DNA from: Escherichia coli 042 | Lineage (GTDB): Bacteria; Pseudomonadota; Gammaproteobacteria; Enterobacterales; Enterobacteriaceae | Direction: 5' to 3' (one strand) | Length of the DNA stretch: 64,000 nucleotides | Assembly: GCF_000027125.1 (NCBI RefSeq) | Contig: NC_017626.1 | Shown here: positions 47,005 to 62,749 of the stretch, one piece after another | Layout of the letters: each line of letters starts with the position of its first letter | Numbering within the stretch: the stretch's first letter is position 1 | Notes under the pieces: generated by a model | Told to the model about the DNA's origin: nothing | Database searches by the model: none | The model's input: only the letters and a program-made list of their open reading frames with translations | Made by a program: the position numbers and the translations under genes

Positions 47005-48252
47005 TTAGCGATCAGTTTCGGTGATCCACAGCTGGCCGCCTTCCATCCACGCCAGCCATTGACCATCCGGCGAGAAGACCACGGCGTCCGCAGAAGGTGG
47101 ATTGGCGTGGTTTTCGGTTAAATACTCAACCTCGCCGCTTTGCGCATGGGCACAAGCAATTCGATTATCCAGCACAAAGCCCAACCATTCTCCTGATGGA
47201 TGCCAGTTAAATGCAGACTGAATATCCGTTTTGTTATGGGTTAACTGGCGCGGCTCGCCGCCCTGTGGCGAGATAAGCCACAGTTGCACAATGCCGTTAT
47301 CATTACGCATTAAAAACGCGATTTGCGTACCCTGCGGATTACAGCGCACCCAGTGGCGCGGGACGTTGACTAACCCCGGATAAGCCCGATGGTGGGTAAA
47401 GGTTAAACGTCGCTGCACGACGCCACGCGGTGGCGCGGGCAGGGTTGTTTCCGTTCCACTTAATGGCGCATCACCTGCCGCTTTCCAGCCAGCTTCATCT
47501 TGCGGTAACTCAACGATAAATAGCTCCGGCACTTTCTCGCCCTTTGGCGAAAGTGTGTCGCCAATAAACGCCAGCGCGTGATTTCCTACCCATCCTTCTT
47601 CATAAGCACGATTGATTTCATCGCTGCCAGGCTGCGGCGTGGGCGTGGTTTTACTCACCAGCACGCACCAGTGGCTACCGCTGTATTCACGCGGATGCTG
47701 CTTTTGTACGTTGACCGGGCCAAACGGTGCCGCAACACCGACGTTTCGCAAATCCAGCGCCGAATCGAGTTGATGCATTACATGGTCGTTATAGGTAAAG
47801 CTCACCCTTTCTCCGTTCGGGCTAAAGACATGCACATGGCTGCCGCCGCGCAGCGCTCCTGGGGTGTACGGCGCGGTAATATCCATTGCATCGAGATTGC
47901 TCACCTTGCCGCCTTCAACAATCACTCCGCGCCGATGATGGAAGTCGTAATGCCATGTTTCATCAGGATTTTCCGGTCCGTGGATGAAAACATATTTCTC
48001 TGACTTCGGATGAACGGTCACCACGCCGACGTACGCGCCCTGTGACGCGCGATAGATAACCTCGACCTCTCCAGTATGGATATTCACACGCTCAATGGTC
48101 TCGCCGGTAAACGACGCGCCAGAAGGACGCACGTCAAATACCAGCCACTGGCTGTCGGGCGTCCAGGTATTGGTATTGGTGAGCAGGTGATTACGGGGAG
48201 CAAAGGTTATCTGTTTCATGGCGCGGTCCTGATACAAAACGGGTCCCGCCAT
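47005..48252 (-). CDS. yidR: DUF3748 beta-propeller-like protein YidR
   Basis: Synteny and sequence; start ambiguous among ATGs at 48255, 48252 and 48219 (the last has the best RBS). Confidence 0.8.
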   Translation of the reverse strand: MAGPVLYQDRAMKQITFAPRNHLLTNTNTWTPDSQWLVFDVRPSGASFTGETIERVNIHTGEVEVIYRASQGAYVGVVTVHPKSEKYVFIHGPENPDETWHYDFHHRRGVIVEGGKVSNLDAMDITAPYTPGALRGGSHVHVFSPNGERVSFTYNDHVMHQLDSALDLRNVGVAAPFGPVNVQKQHPREYSGSHWCVLVSKTTPTPQPGSDEINRAYEEGWVGNHALAFIGDTLSPKGEKVPELFIVELPQDEAGWKAAGDAPLSGTETTLPAPPRGVVQRRLTFTHHRAYPGLVNVPRHWVRCNPQGTQIAFLMRNDNGIVQLWLISPQGGEPRQLTHNKTDIQSAFNWHPSGEWLGFVLDNRIACAHAQSGEVEYLTENHANPPSADAVVFSPDGQWLAWMEGGQLWITETDR

Positions 48253-48319
48253 CATACTTCACAAGGACTTCACTTTCAGACAATAGTCTTTCGCCATCGT
48301 GATGAATGTGAGTGAAAAG

Positions 48320-49384
48320 ATGGAACATTTCGACGTGGCGATTATTGGCCTCGGCCCGGCAGGGTCGGCGTTGGCACGAAAGTTAGCCGGCAAAATGCAG
48401 GTGATCGCGCTGGATAAAAAGCATCAGCATGGTACTGAAGGTTTCAGTAAACCTTGCGGCGGTCTGCTGGCACCGGATGCGCAGCGATCTTTTATTCGCG
48501 ATGGACTGACGCTTCCGGTCGATGTGATCGCCAATCCGCAGATTTTCAGCGTCAAAACCGTCGACGTCGCCGCATCGCTCACGCGTAACTACCAGCGAAG
48601 CTATATCAATATTAATCGCCACGCTTTCGACTTGTGGATGAAATCGCTGATCCCCGCCAGCGTTGAGGTTTACCACGATAGCCTGTGCCGGAAAATCTGG
48701 CGTGAGGATGATAAATGGCATGTCATTTTTCGTGCAGACGGTTGGGAGCAGCATATTACCGCCCGCTATCTGGTCGGTGCCGATGGTGCCAACTCGATGG
48801 TGCGGCGACATCTCTACCCGGACCATCAAATTCGTAAATATGTCGCTATCCAGCAGTGGTTCGCAGAGAAGCATCCGGTGCCGTTCTACTCCTGCATCTT
48901 TGATAATGCGATAACTGACTGTTACTCATGGAGTATCAGCAAAGACGGTTATTTTATCTTTGGCGGTGCCTATCCCATGAAAGACGGTCAGACGCGTTTC
49001 ACGACGCTGAAAGAGAAAATGAACGCCTTTCAGTTCCAGTTTGGCAAAGCAGTGAAAAGCGAGAAATGTACCGTGCTGTTCCCCTCACGCTGGCAGGATT
49101 TTGTCTGCGGTAAGGACAACGCCTTTCTGATTGGTGAAGCGGCGGGATTTATCAGCGCCAGTTCGCTGGAGGGGATTAGCTATGCGCTGGATAGCGCAGA
49201 GATTCTGCGTTCGGTGTTACTGAAGCAGCCGGAGAAGAGCAACGCCGCCTACTGGCGCGCTACCCGCAAACTGCGTTTAAAACTCTTCGGTAAGATAGTA
49301 AAAAGCCGATGCCTGACCGCACCGGCTTTAAGAAAGTGGATTATGCGCAGTGGTGTGGCGCATATTCCACAGTTGAAAGATTAG
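48320..49384 (+). CDS. cbrA: FAD-dependent oxidoreductase CbrA (colicin E2 tolerance)
   Basis: [22 protein letters not shown]ossmann motif; 354 aa. Confidence 0.88.
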
Positions 49385-50673
49385 CCAACGCGCTTCACAT
49401 CGCCCACCAGCAGGATGTAAGAGAGCGCGCCAATCAACGCGACGGCGGAGATATAAACCAGTGCAGGTGCGAAACCGTAACCCTGCGCCAGGTACCCCAC
49501 CACCAGCGGAACGGTGATGCCGCCCAGACCACCGGCAAAGTTAAACACGCCGCCGGTTAAACCAATCAGGCGCATCGGTGCCAGAGAAGAAACCAGCGAC
49601 CAGGTAATCGAAGCAAAACCGTTACCGAAGAATGCCAGCGCCATCAGGCACATAATCATCATCGGATCGTTGGTGTAGTTAGCGCCCATAATGCAGGTGG
49701 AGATCAGCAAGCCGCAGATAATCGGCGTTTTACGCGCAAAGCCCAGTGAAAAGCCCTTACGTACCAGCAGATCCGCGACCCAGCCAGAGAGCAGGACGCC
49801 GACAAACGCCGCGAGGAATGGCACCGTGGTCATAAAGCCTGCTTTCAGCGCCGTGATTCCTTTTTCCTGGGTTAAATAGTTCGGGAACCAGGTTAAGAAA
49901 AACCACAGTGTAGAAGCCACCGCAAATTGCCCAAGATAGACACCGATCAGTTTACGATGGAACACCAGTTTCCAGTCTTTGGCTGTTAACGGCTGACGTG
50001 CCTCTTTTTTCACCGGCGCATCGCCATCCACCAGACCGCCGCCATCACGAATGTAATCCAGTTCAGCTTTGCTGATACCTTTGGTCAGGCGCGGCGGCTG
50101 ATAAACCTTAAACCAAATCAGCGACCAGATAATGCCGATACCACCAGTGACAATGAACACCCAGTGCCAGCTCAACATTTCCTGAATCCAGATCAGTAGC
50201 GGAGTCAGAAACGCCAGACCGACAAACTGACCAGACGTATAAAAACCAACGGCGGAAGCGCGTTCATGTTCCGGGAACCAGCTGGTCACCATCCGGTTAT
50301 TGGTCGGGAAAGCGGGCGCTTCGAAAATACCGGTTATCGCGCGCAGACCAATTAATGACATTAATCCCGTGGCAAAGCCCTGGAATAAAGTCGCCACTGA
50401 CCAGCCAAATATCGCAATAAAATAAGTCACGCGTGAACCTACGCGATCTAAGAACCAACCGCCGGGGATCTGGCATAACGTATAAAGCCATGCGAAGGCC
50501 GAAAATACATAGCCCATTTCCGCTTTCGTAATGCCGAACTCTTCCTGAATATGAGCGGAAGCCACGGCCAGGTTAGCGCGGTCAACATAACAAATGACCA
50601 CCGTAATAAAGATCATCACCAGCGTCAGATAACGCCGACGCCCCGGCTTTGCTGCATTAACGGGAATATCCAT
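49381..50673 (-). CDS. dgoT: D-galactonate:H+ symporter (MFS)
   Basis: Matches DgoT from [22 protein letters not shown]; 430 aa. Confidence 0.9.
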
Positions 50674-50792
50674 AGCGAGCTTTCTCCAGATTTTGGGCAT
50701 AGCGAAGCCGCTCACCATGCCCTGTAATTTACAGAGGGTTATATTTTTGTATTACTGTTTTAGTGCCCGATGAGGGGCTTACGTGGCAGGAA

Positions 50793-51941
50793 TTACCACT
50801 CTGCTACGCTGTTATCTTCATGACGCCAGAGCGGATTACGCCAGTCCGGGGCATTTTTACTGAACTCAATAACTTTAGCTTCGTCGATTTCCACGCCTAA
50901 GCCCGGTTTCGTTAGCGGTTTAAAGAAGCCGCCAACCATGCTGAAGTCTTCTTTGTTTTTCACAAAGTCGAGTAACTCCGCGCCTTTGTTGTAATGAATG
51001 CCCATACTTTGTTCCTGAAGTACGGCGTTATAGGAAACAAAGTCGATATGCAGACAAGCCGCCAGTGCAATCGGTCCGAGCGGACAGTGCGGCGCAAGTG
51101 TCACGTCATAGGCTTCTGCCATTCCGGCAATTTTGTAGCATTCGGTAATACCGCCTGCATGAGAGAGATCCGGTTGCAGAATCGAAATACCACCCGCCTC
51201 CAGCACACGTTTAAAATCGAAACGTGAGAACATGCGCTCACCCGCCGCCAGTGGAATATGCGTTTGTGCCGCCAGTTTCGGGTAGTATTCGGCTTGTTCC
51301 GCCAGCACCGGCTCTTCAATAAACAGCGGGCGATACGGCTCCAGTTCTTTAATCAGCACTTTCGCCATCGGCGCGCTGACGCGACCGTGGAAATCAAGAC
51401 CAAACTCAATCTGATTGCCAAAAGCTTCACGAATTTGTGCCACGGTGTTGACTGCCGCATCTACCGCGCGGGAGTTATCAATTAGCCCCAGCTCTTCACA
51501 ACCGTTCAGTTTGAAGGTATCGAAGCCGATTTCGCGCAGGGTTTTTATGCCGTCGATAACATCCGCCGGACGATCGCCGCCGACCCAACTGTAGGCTTTA
51601 ATTTTGTCGCGAACCAGGCCGCCCATCAGTTGCCACACCGGCGCATTCAGCACTTTGCCTTTGATATCCCATAACGCCTGGTCGATCCCGGCGATGGCGC
51701 TCATCAGGATTGGACCGCCACGATAAAATCCGGCGCGATACATCACTTGCCATAAGTCATTGATGCGCGATGGATCCTGACCAATCAAATAGTCACCCAG
51801 CTCGTGAACTGCCGCTTCCACCGTACGGGCGCGGCCTTCAATCACGGGCTCGCCCCAGCCGACCACGCCTTCATCGGTTTCAATTTTCAGGAACATCCAG
51901 CGGGGAGGTAAACGATACGTGGTAATTTTGGTGATTTTCAT
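50793..51941 (-). CDS. dgoD: D-galactonate dehydratase
   Basis: 382-aa enolase-superfamily protein in the dgo operon. Confidence 0.92.
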
Positions 51942-52555
51942 TGCACTGCCTCTCGATACGCCTTAACAAATGCTGCTGCCTGCTGCGCGGTGCGTTCTAT
52001 GGACTGCCCGGCGCGATAGAGATCGCTGCCTAAGCCTGCCCCTGCACAACCTGCGTCTATCCACTGCGCCAGGTTTTCTGGCGTCACGCCGCCAACGGCA
52101 AAGACTGCGATGTCCGGTGGTAATACCGCTTTTAACGCTTTGATGTATTGCGGACCAAAAGCCGATGACGGAAATATTTTCAGCGCCTGAGCGCCCGCGT
52201 CGAGCGCGGTAAAGGCTTCGGTCGCCGTCGCGCAGCCGGGGCAAACGGTCATGCCGTAGCCCACCGCACGGCGGATCACTTCACTATGGATATTGGGCGT
52301 AACGATGAGCTGGCAGCCCATCCTGGCGAGCACATCGACCTGTTCAGGTTTCAGTACCGTACCTGCGCCAATCAACGCCTTGTCGCCATACGCATCAACG
52401 ATGGCGGGAATGCTCTGCTCCCATTGTGGGGAATTCAGCGGGATTTCAACCGCGTCGAACCCGGCGTCAATCACCGCGCCAACATGCGCCAGCGCCTCGT
52501 CGGGCGTAATGCCGCGCAAAATGGCGATCAGCGGGAGTTTAGTTTGCCACTGCAT
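51938..52555 (-). CDS. dgoA: 2-dehydro-3-deoxy-6-phosphogalactonate aldolase
   Basis: 205 aa; overlaps the dgoD start and dgoK end. Confidence 0.92.
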
Positions 52556-53417
52556 GAGCGATGCTCCTTATACCAGCCTGAAATGCCGTGTCGCCCGCCA
52601 CCGCCGCCACGTCGCAACCCATCGCCTGAAAGGCTTGCTGGTAGCGCGCGGTCAGCGATGTTCCGGCGACAAGGGTGATGGCGTGTTGATGGGTCACATA
52701 GTCGCGCATACTGGCAACCTCTGCGCCAATCAACAAACCAGAGAGAAATTCACTGACCTGTTCGCGGGGAAGTGTTCCCAGCACATGCGAAGCGCGAACT
52801 TCAAAAAGCTGCGGCAATACGGCGGGAGCATTAAGGCCACGCTCAAGACCAGCCGCGAAGGCATCGGCAGAGTTTTCCTGCGGCGGCAAACCTGCGCCAA
52901 TCAATGAGTGATTTAACAGTAAATGATGTAATTCACCGGTCATCACGGTGCGAAAATCGTTGATTTGCTGGCTATCGGCCTGCACCCATTTGCAATGAGT
53001 ACCGGGCATAACATAAAGAGAGGAAGGAGCCAGAGCACGCGCGCCGATCAATTGTGTTTCTTCGCCGCGCATCACATTGTGGTTATCGTCATGAGAGACG
53101 CATAATCCGGGAATAATCCAGATATTGTCGCCAACCGACGTTAATTGTTCGCCAATAGACGAAAAACGGGCAGGAACAGATAAATACGGAGCAATTTTCC
53201 AGCCTACATTGCTGCCGACCATTCCTGCCATCACCACTGGCGTATTCTCTTCACGCCAGTCGGTCGTGACTTCTGCTAACACCGTAGCCGGAGATTTTCC
53301 GTTCAGGCGCGTGACGCCTGCTTCTGATTGCCTGCTGTCCAGGCAGTGGTCGCCCTGATAAAGCCAGGCGCGCAGATTGGTCGATCCCCAGTCAATTGCG
53401 ATGTAGCGAGCTGTCAT
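52539..53417 (-). CDS. dgoK: 2-dehydro-3-deoxygalactonokinase
   Basis: 292 aa; operon position. Confidence 0.92.
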   Translation of the reverse strand: MTARYIAIDWGSTNLRAWLYQGDHCLDSRQSEAGVTRLNGKSPATVLAEVTTDWREENTPVVMAGMVGSNVGWKIAPYLSVPARFSSIGEQLTSVGDNIWIIPGLCVSHDDNHNVMRGEETQLIGARALAPSSLYVMPGTHCKWVQADSQQINDFRTVMTGELHHLLLNHSLIGAGLPPQENSADAFAAGLERGLNAPAVLPQLFEVRASHVLGTLPREQVSEFLSGLLIGAEVASMRDYVTHQHAITLVAGTSLTARYQQAFQAMGCDVAAVAGDTAFQAGIRSIAHAVAN

Positions 53418-54103
53418 GTGATTTCCTTTAACCTTCGTGTCGAGCTGGCGATCATGGTAAGCGCCGCCTGCTCTGCCGCATCGCCGTCCTGATGCCGTAT
53501 TGCATCGAACAGCGCCTTATGTTCCTGGAGCGTTTGCGGCATGTTGGCCTCATCGCCCATCCAGGTTCGTTCAAAAACCGCCCGCTGCAACGAACTGATC
53601 GCAATGCTAAGTTGCTGTAACACCGGGTTATGTACCGACTGCAGCACCGCCTCGTGGTAGCGAATATCCGCTTCGTTAAACGCTTCGCGGTCCTGATTGT
53701 TGGCAATCATCTCGTTCAGCGCCGATTCAATCTGCGCCAGATCGCTGGAAGTCGCGCGCTCTGCTGCCCAACGGGCAATCGCCGGTTCCACCAGATTTCG
53801 CACTTCGCTCATTGCACTGATAAGCCGTGGGTCGTAGTCGTTTTCCAGCACCCATTGCAGTACGTCAGTGTCGAGGTAATTCCACTGGTTACGCGGAGCC
53901 ACAAACGCCCCGCGATAACGTTTCATTTCAATCAGCCGCTTCGCCATCAGCGAACGAAATACCTCACGGATGATGTTGCGCGAGGTTGCAAACTCCTCAC
54001 AGAGTTCCGCCTCAGCCGGAAGCGGCGAGCCTGGCACGTATTTACCGTGAACGATCTGTTTACCCAGCGTAATGACAATGCGATCGGTTTTATTGAGAGT
54101 CAT
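53414..54103 (-). CDS. dgoR: GntR/FadR-family repressor of the dgo operon
   Basis: 229 aa; N-terminal HTH; first gene of the dgo operon. Confidence 0.92.
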   Translation of the reverse strand: MTLNKTDRIVITLGKQIVHGKYVPGSPLPAEAELCEEFATSRNIIREVFRSLMAKRLIEMKRYRGAFVAPRNQWNYLDTDVLQWVLENDYDPRLISAMSEVRNLVEPAIARWAAERATSSDLAQIESALNEMIANNQDREAFNEADIRYHEAVLQSVHNPVLQQLSIAISSLQRAVFERTWMGDEANMPQTLQEHKALFDAIRHQDGDAAEQAALTMIASSTRRLKEIT

Positions 54104-54167
54104 GGAGAGTCCTTGTGCTCTGTATGTTCTTCTCTACTTTACCCCGATCGATGCATAACGCGGCAAC

Positions 54168-54242
54168 TTTGTAGTACCAGCGTGATGACGTTCGCGTTTG
54201 CCGTGTGCGTAATGTAGTACAAAATTATATTGTTGTACTACA
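54168..54242. promoter_or_regulatory. dgo promoter/operator with repeated TGTAGTACA-type DgoR sites
   Basis: tttgtagtacc (54168..54178), atgtagtacaa (54212..54222) and ttgtactacaa (54232..54242) upstream of dgoR. Confidence 0.7.
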
Positions 54243-54380
54243 ATTTAGATCACAAAAAGAACAATGCATAAAAAAATGACATGCGTCGGGCAGAAATCTG
54301 AAAAGGGATATCAGGCGCTAAACAGGAGGAAAAGAAGAGTATGCTTTCAACGGCTTAGCTACTCGTTTAAAGGATTAATC

Positions 54381-55037
54381 ATGAAGTTGAATTTTAAGGG
54401 ATTTTTTAAGGCTGCCGGTTTATTCCCACTGGCGCTGATGCTTTCGGGCTGTATCTCGTATGCCCTGGTTTCCCATACCGCAAAGGGTACTTCAGGAAAG
54501 TATCAATCGCAGTCAGACACCATCACGGGGCTATCGCAGGCAAAAGATAGTAATGGAACAAAAGGCTATGTTTTTGTAGGGGAATCGCTGGACTACCTTA
54601 TCACTGATGGTGCCGATGACATCGTTAAAATGCTCAATGATCCAGCACTTAACCGGCACAATATTCAGGTTGCTGATGACGCAAGATTTGTTTTAAATGC
54701 GGGGAAAAAGAAATTTACCGGCACAATATCGCTTTACTACTACTGGAATAACGAAGAAGAAAAGGCACTGGCAACTCATTATGGTTTTGCCTGTGGTGTT
54801 CAACACTGTACCAGGTCACTGGAAAACCTAAAAGGCACAATCCATGAGAAAAATAAAAACATGGATTACTCAAAGGTAATGGCGTTCTACCATCCATTTA
54901 AAGTGCGATTTTATGAATACTATTCACCCAGAGGCATTCCGGATGGTGTTTCCGCAGCATTACTGCCAGTGACTGTTACGCTGGACATCATTACTGCACC
55001 GCTGCAATTTCTGGTTGTATATGCAGTAAACCAATAA
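54381..55037 (+). CDS. yidX: Lipoprotein YidX
   Basis: Start at 54381 after [30 protein letters not shown] lipobox; 218 aa. Confidence 0.85.
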   Translation: MKLNFKGFFKAAGLFPLALMLSGCISYALVSHTAKGTSGKYQSQSDTITGLSQAKDSNGTKGYVFVGESLDYLITDGADDIVKMLNDPALNRHNIQVADDARFVLNAGKKKFTGTISLYYYWNNEEEKALATHYGFACGVQHCTRSLENLKGTIHEKNKNMDYSKVMAFYHPFKVRFYEYYSPRGIPDGVSAALLPVTVTLDIITAPLQFLVVYAVNQ

Positions 55038-55082
55038 TCAGTAAGCGGGCAAACGCGTTTATGCTGTTTGCCCGTCCACTGA

Positions 55083-55895
55083 TTAATTCAGCACATACTT
55101 CTCAATAGCAAACGCCACGCCATCTTCAAGGTTGGATTTGGTGACAAAGTTCGCCACTTCTTTCACCGAAGGAATAGCGTTATCCATCGCCACACCGACG
55201 CCTGCATATTCAATCATTGCGATGTCGTTTTCCTGATCGCCAATCGCCATGATTTCTTCCGGCTTAATACCTAACACGTCGGCCAGTGATTTCACACCCG
55301 TACCTTTGTTAACGCGTTTATCGAGGATTTCGAGGAAGTACGGCGCACTTTTCAGCACGGTGTATTTTTCTTTCACTTCCTGCGGAATACGCGCGATGGC
55401 CTGGTCGAGGATGGCAGGTTCATCAATCATCATCACTTTCAGGAACTGGGTATTGGGGTCCATTTTCTCCGCTTCGCAGAACACCAGCGGAATGGTGGCA
55501 ACGAAAGATTCATGCACCGTGTAGTAGCTGATATCACGATTAGCGGTGTACAGCGTGGTGCGGTCCAGCGCGTGGAAATGAGAACCGACTTCGCGGGAGA
55601 GTTTTTCCAGGAAACGGTAGTCGTCATAGCTCAGAGCGGTTTGCGCCACGGTGCTACCATCAGCGGCCTTCTGTACCAGCGCGCCGTTATAAGTAATGCA
55701 GTAGTCGCCCGGCTGTTCCATATGCAGCTCTTTCAGGTAATTGTGAACACCTGCATAAGGGCGACCCGTCGTCAGCACAACATTCACGCCACGGGCGCGA
55801 GCTGCGGCAATCGCATTTTTAACGGCGGGTGAAATGGTGTGATCGGGCAGCAGAAGTGTGCCATCCATATCGATAGCAATGAGTTTGATAGCCAT
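55083..55895 (-). CDS. yidA: Sugar phosphatase, HAD superfamily (Cof-type)
   Basis: MAIKLIAIDMDGTLL HAD motif I; 270 aa. Confidence 0.92.
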   Translation of the reverse strand: MAIKLIAIDMDGTLLLPDHTISPAVKNAIAAARARGVNVVLTTGRPYAGVHNYLKELHMEQPGDYCITYNGALVQKAADGSTVAQTALSYDDYRFLEKLSREVGSHFHALDRTTLYTANRDISYYTVHESFVATIPLVFCEAEKMDPNTQFLKVMMIDEPAILDQAIARIPQEVKEKYTVLKSAPYFLEILDKRVNKGTGVKSLADVLGIKPEEIMAIGDQENDIAMIEYAGVGVAMDNAIPSVKEVANFVTKSNLEDGVAFAIEKYVLN

Positions 55896-56009
55896 GAGTT
55901 CCCCAGGTAGATTGGTTCCTGACCCATGCTAACGCGATTCCGCTCAAAAATCAGTACAACACCCTAGGGAAAAGGGGGATGCAACGCGCGTTGCGTGCTC
56001 CCCTTTTGC

Positions 56010-56408
56010 TTAGCGGAAGAGTTTCCCTTTCAGCAGTTCCATACCTGCGGAAAGCAGATCGTTATTGGCTTGTGGTGACACTTCACCTTGCGGTGAGAGT
56101 GCATCAATAATCTTCGGCAATTGTTCTGCCAGTAAACTGGAAGCTGTACTGGTATCCACGCCCAGTTTTTGCCCGAGATCGGACACCGCATTTGTGCCGA
56201 GCGCTGATTCCAGTTGCTCGCCGCTAACTGGTTGGTTGCCCTGTTGATTACTCAGCCAGGTTGAGAGAATGGCACCTAAACCGCCACTTTGCAGTTTTTC
56301 CAGCAGCACCTGAATGCCGCCCTGCTCCTCAACCCAGCTCAAAATGGCCTGATATTTCCCCGCATCGCCTTTCAGAAAGGCACCGACAACTTCATCAAAA
56401 AGCCCCAT
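56010..56408 (-). CDS. yidB: DUF937 family protein YidB
   Basis: 132 aa from MGLFDEVVGAFLKGDAGKYQAILSWVEEQGG. Confidence 0.85.
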   Translation of the reverse strand: MGLFDEVVGAFLKGDAGKYQAILSWVEEQGGIQVLLEKLQSGGLGAILSTWLSNQQGNQPVSGEQLESALGTNAVSDLGQKLGVDTSTASSLLAEQLPKIIDALSPQGEVSPQANNDLLSAGMELLKGKLFR

Positions 56409-56484
56409 GATAATCACCTGTAAAGCGTTACGTGTTGACTCAAAAAGTATAGATCTGCGGGATGATAATTGCGGATTGCAGAAA

Positions 56485-56513
56485 TAAAAAGGGCGAAGAT
56501 GATCTCCGCCCTT
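56485..56513 (-). terminator. Rho-independent terminator downstream of gyrB
   Basis: agggcg...cgccct hairpin flanked by A-run and T-run. Confidence 0.6.
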
Positions 56514-56528
56514 TTCTTATAGCTTCTT

Positions 56529-56635
56529 GCCGGATGCGGCGTTAACGTCTGATCCGGCCTACAAAATCATGCAAATTCAATATATTGCACGAGTCTCGTA
56601 GGCCTGATAAGCGTAGCGCATCAGGCACGCTCGCA
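56529..56635. repeat. REP elements (two palindromic units)
   Basis: gccggatgcggcgttaacgtctgatccggcctac and gtaggcctgataagcgtagcgcatcaggc. Confidence 0.8.
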
Positions 56636-56647
56636 TTGTTAACGCCA

Positions 56648-60163
<3,516 letters not shown>

Positions 60164-60164
<1 letters not shown>

Positions 60165-61264
60165 TACAGTCTCATTGGCATGACAACATAGGCAGCCGAC
60201 TGTGATGCGGCATCTTCAATCTGCACGCTGGAAACCGAATCGGTCAGCATCATGCGGACGTTTTCACATTTCAGCGCGTTCAGAACATCCAGCACATAGC
60301 TGACGTTGAAGCCGATTTCCATCTCCGCACCGCTATAGGTAACGTCGAGGATCTCTTCCGCTTCTTCCTGTTCCGGGTTGTTGGCGGTGATTTTCAGCTG
60401 GTTTTCGCTGACATACAGACGTACGCCGCGGAATTTCTCGTTAGAGAGAATTGCCGCGCGAGCAAACGCCTGCTTGAGGAGATCGCAACCTGCTTCCAGA
60501 TGCTTGTCTGGGTTTTTCGGCAGAACGCGTCGGTAATCCGGGAAGCGACCATCCACCAGTTTCGAGGTGAAGATAAAGTCGCCAACGTGGGCGCGAATGT
60601 TGTTGCTGCCAATCTGCACGCGCAGCGGATTGTCGCCGCCGTCAAGCATACGCATCAGTTCAATCACGCCTTTACGCGGCACGATCACCGAATGGCTTGG
60701 CAAAGATTGACCAATTGGCATTGAACAGACTGCCAGACGGTGACCGTCGGTCGCCACGGTGCGCAGTTCTTCACCTTCGGTTTCAAACAGCATACCGTTT
60801 AAGTAATAGCGAACGTCCTGATGCGCCATAGAAAACTGGGTCGCTTCAATCAGACGCTTCATCGTCGCCTGCGGCAGGGTAAATTCGACTTCGCTCTGCC
60901 AGTCATCGAGGTTCGGGAAATCCGCCGCTGGCAGGGTAGACAGCGAAAAACGGCTACGCCCGGAGCGCACCAGCATACGCTCACCTTCCAGCTGCACGGC
61001 AATTTCCGCGCCTTCAGGCAGACCACGGCAGATATCAAAGAATTTGCGCGCTGGAACGGTCGTCGCCCCTGGCTCGTGTGACTGAACCAGCGCAACGCGT
61101 GCCACCATTTCCATCTCGAGATCAGTACCGGTCAGCGACAACGTACCGTCAGCAACCTGTAACAGCAGATTACCGAGAATCGGTAGCGTAGGACGACCAC
61201 CTAACGGCCCGCTCACCTGTTGTAGCGGTTTTAATAAATGCTCACGTTCTACGGTAAATTTCAT
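60164..61264 (-). CDS. dnaN: DNA polymerase III beta sliding clamp
   Basis: Matches DnaN ([37 protein letters not shown]); 366 aa. Confidence 0.97.
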
Positions 61265-61268
61265 AGGT

Positions 61269-62672
61269 TTACGATGACAATGTTCTGATTAAATTGGAAA
61301 AATCTTCTTTGATATCGTGGCTCTCTTCACGCAGCTGCTCGATCTTACGGCAGGCATGAAGCACCGTCGTGTGGTCACGGCCACCAAACGCATCGCCAAT
61401 CTCCGGCAGACTGTGGTTAGTCAGTTCTTTCGCCAGCGCCATCGCCATCTGGCGCGGACGCGCCACCGAGCGGGATCGACGCTTGGAAAGGAGATCCGCG
61501 ACTTTGATCTTGTAGTACTCCGCCACCGTCTTCTGAATATTGTCGATGGTGACCAGTTTTTCCTGCAATGCCAGCAAGTCGCGCAGCGCCTCACGCACGA
61601 AGTCGATAGTGATCGCCCGTCCGGTAAAGTTGGCGTTAGCAATAACGCGGTTCAGCGCGCCTTCCAGCTCACGTACGTTAGATCGTAGACGCTTGGCGAT
61701 AAAGAACGCCACTTCGCCCGGCAAACGAATGTCGTTTTCGTCGGCCTTTTTCATCAGGATCGCCACGCGGGTTTCCAGCTCTGGCGGTTCGATCGCCACA
61801 GTCAGCCCCCAGCCGAAGCGGGATTTCAAACGATCCTCAACGCCGTTGATCTCTTTCGGATAGCGATCCGAGGTGAGAATGATCTGTTGATTACCTTCCA
61901 GCAGGGCGTTGAAGGTGTGGAAAAACTCTTCCTGAGATCGTTCTTTATTAGCAAAAAACTGAATATCGTCGATCAGCAGTGCATCTACGGAACGGTAGTA
62001 GCGTTTAAACTCTTCGATCGCGTTGTTTTGCAGGGCTTTAACCATGTCCTGAACAAAGCGCTCGGAGTGCATATAAACCACTTTGGCATTCGGCTTGCGC
62101 GCCATAATGCCGTTACCCACCGCATGCAGCAGGTGAGTTTTACCCAGACCCGTGCCGCCATAAAGGAACAACGGGTTATAGGCACCGCCAGGGTTATCTG
62201 CCACCTGGCGAGCCGCCGCGCGCGCCAGTTGGTTAGATTTACCTTCAACGAAGTTATCAAACGTGTGTTTGACGTTTACGTTAGAACGATAGGTCGGTTC
62301 TGCCGGGGCCGGGACGTTATCCCAACCTGAGCGCGTAGAAGGCGCAGCACGTTGCGGCTGCGTTTGCGCCACCTGTGCAGGGGCCGCGACGTTGCTCGTC
62401 ACTGCCGCTTGTGGCGTTTGCGTCACCGGTTTGGTGCCGACTTCAAAACGCAGCTGTGGGGCATCCGCTCCGCAGAAACTGGTTAGCAGTCCATTGATAT
62501 TATTAAGGTACTTGTCCCGTACCCAATCGAGGACAAAACGGTTTGGCGCGTACAGGGCCAGCGTGTTATCGCTCAGTTCCGCCTGCAATGGGCGTATCCA
62601 CATACTGAATTCTGTGGCTGGTAACTCATCCTGCAATCGGGCAAGACACTGCTGCCAAAGCGAAAGTGACAC
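61269..62672 (-). CDS. dnaA: Chromosomal replication initiator DnaA
   Basis: GTG start at 62672 gives [14 protein letters not shown]...; Walker [11 protein letters not shown]; 467 aa. Confidence 0.97.
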
Positions 62673-62749
62673 GGCGGACTCCACTCGAACAAAAGTCGAT
62701 AATGACTAAGGCTGAAACATTCATGATTGTTGACGTACGTCGAAAAGAC

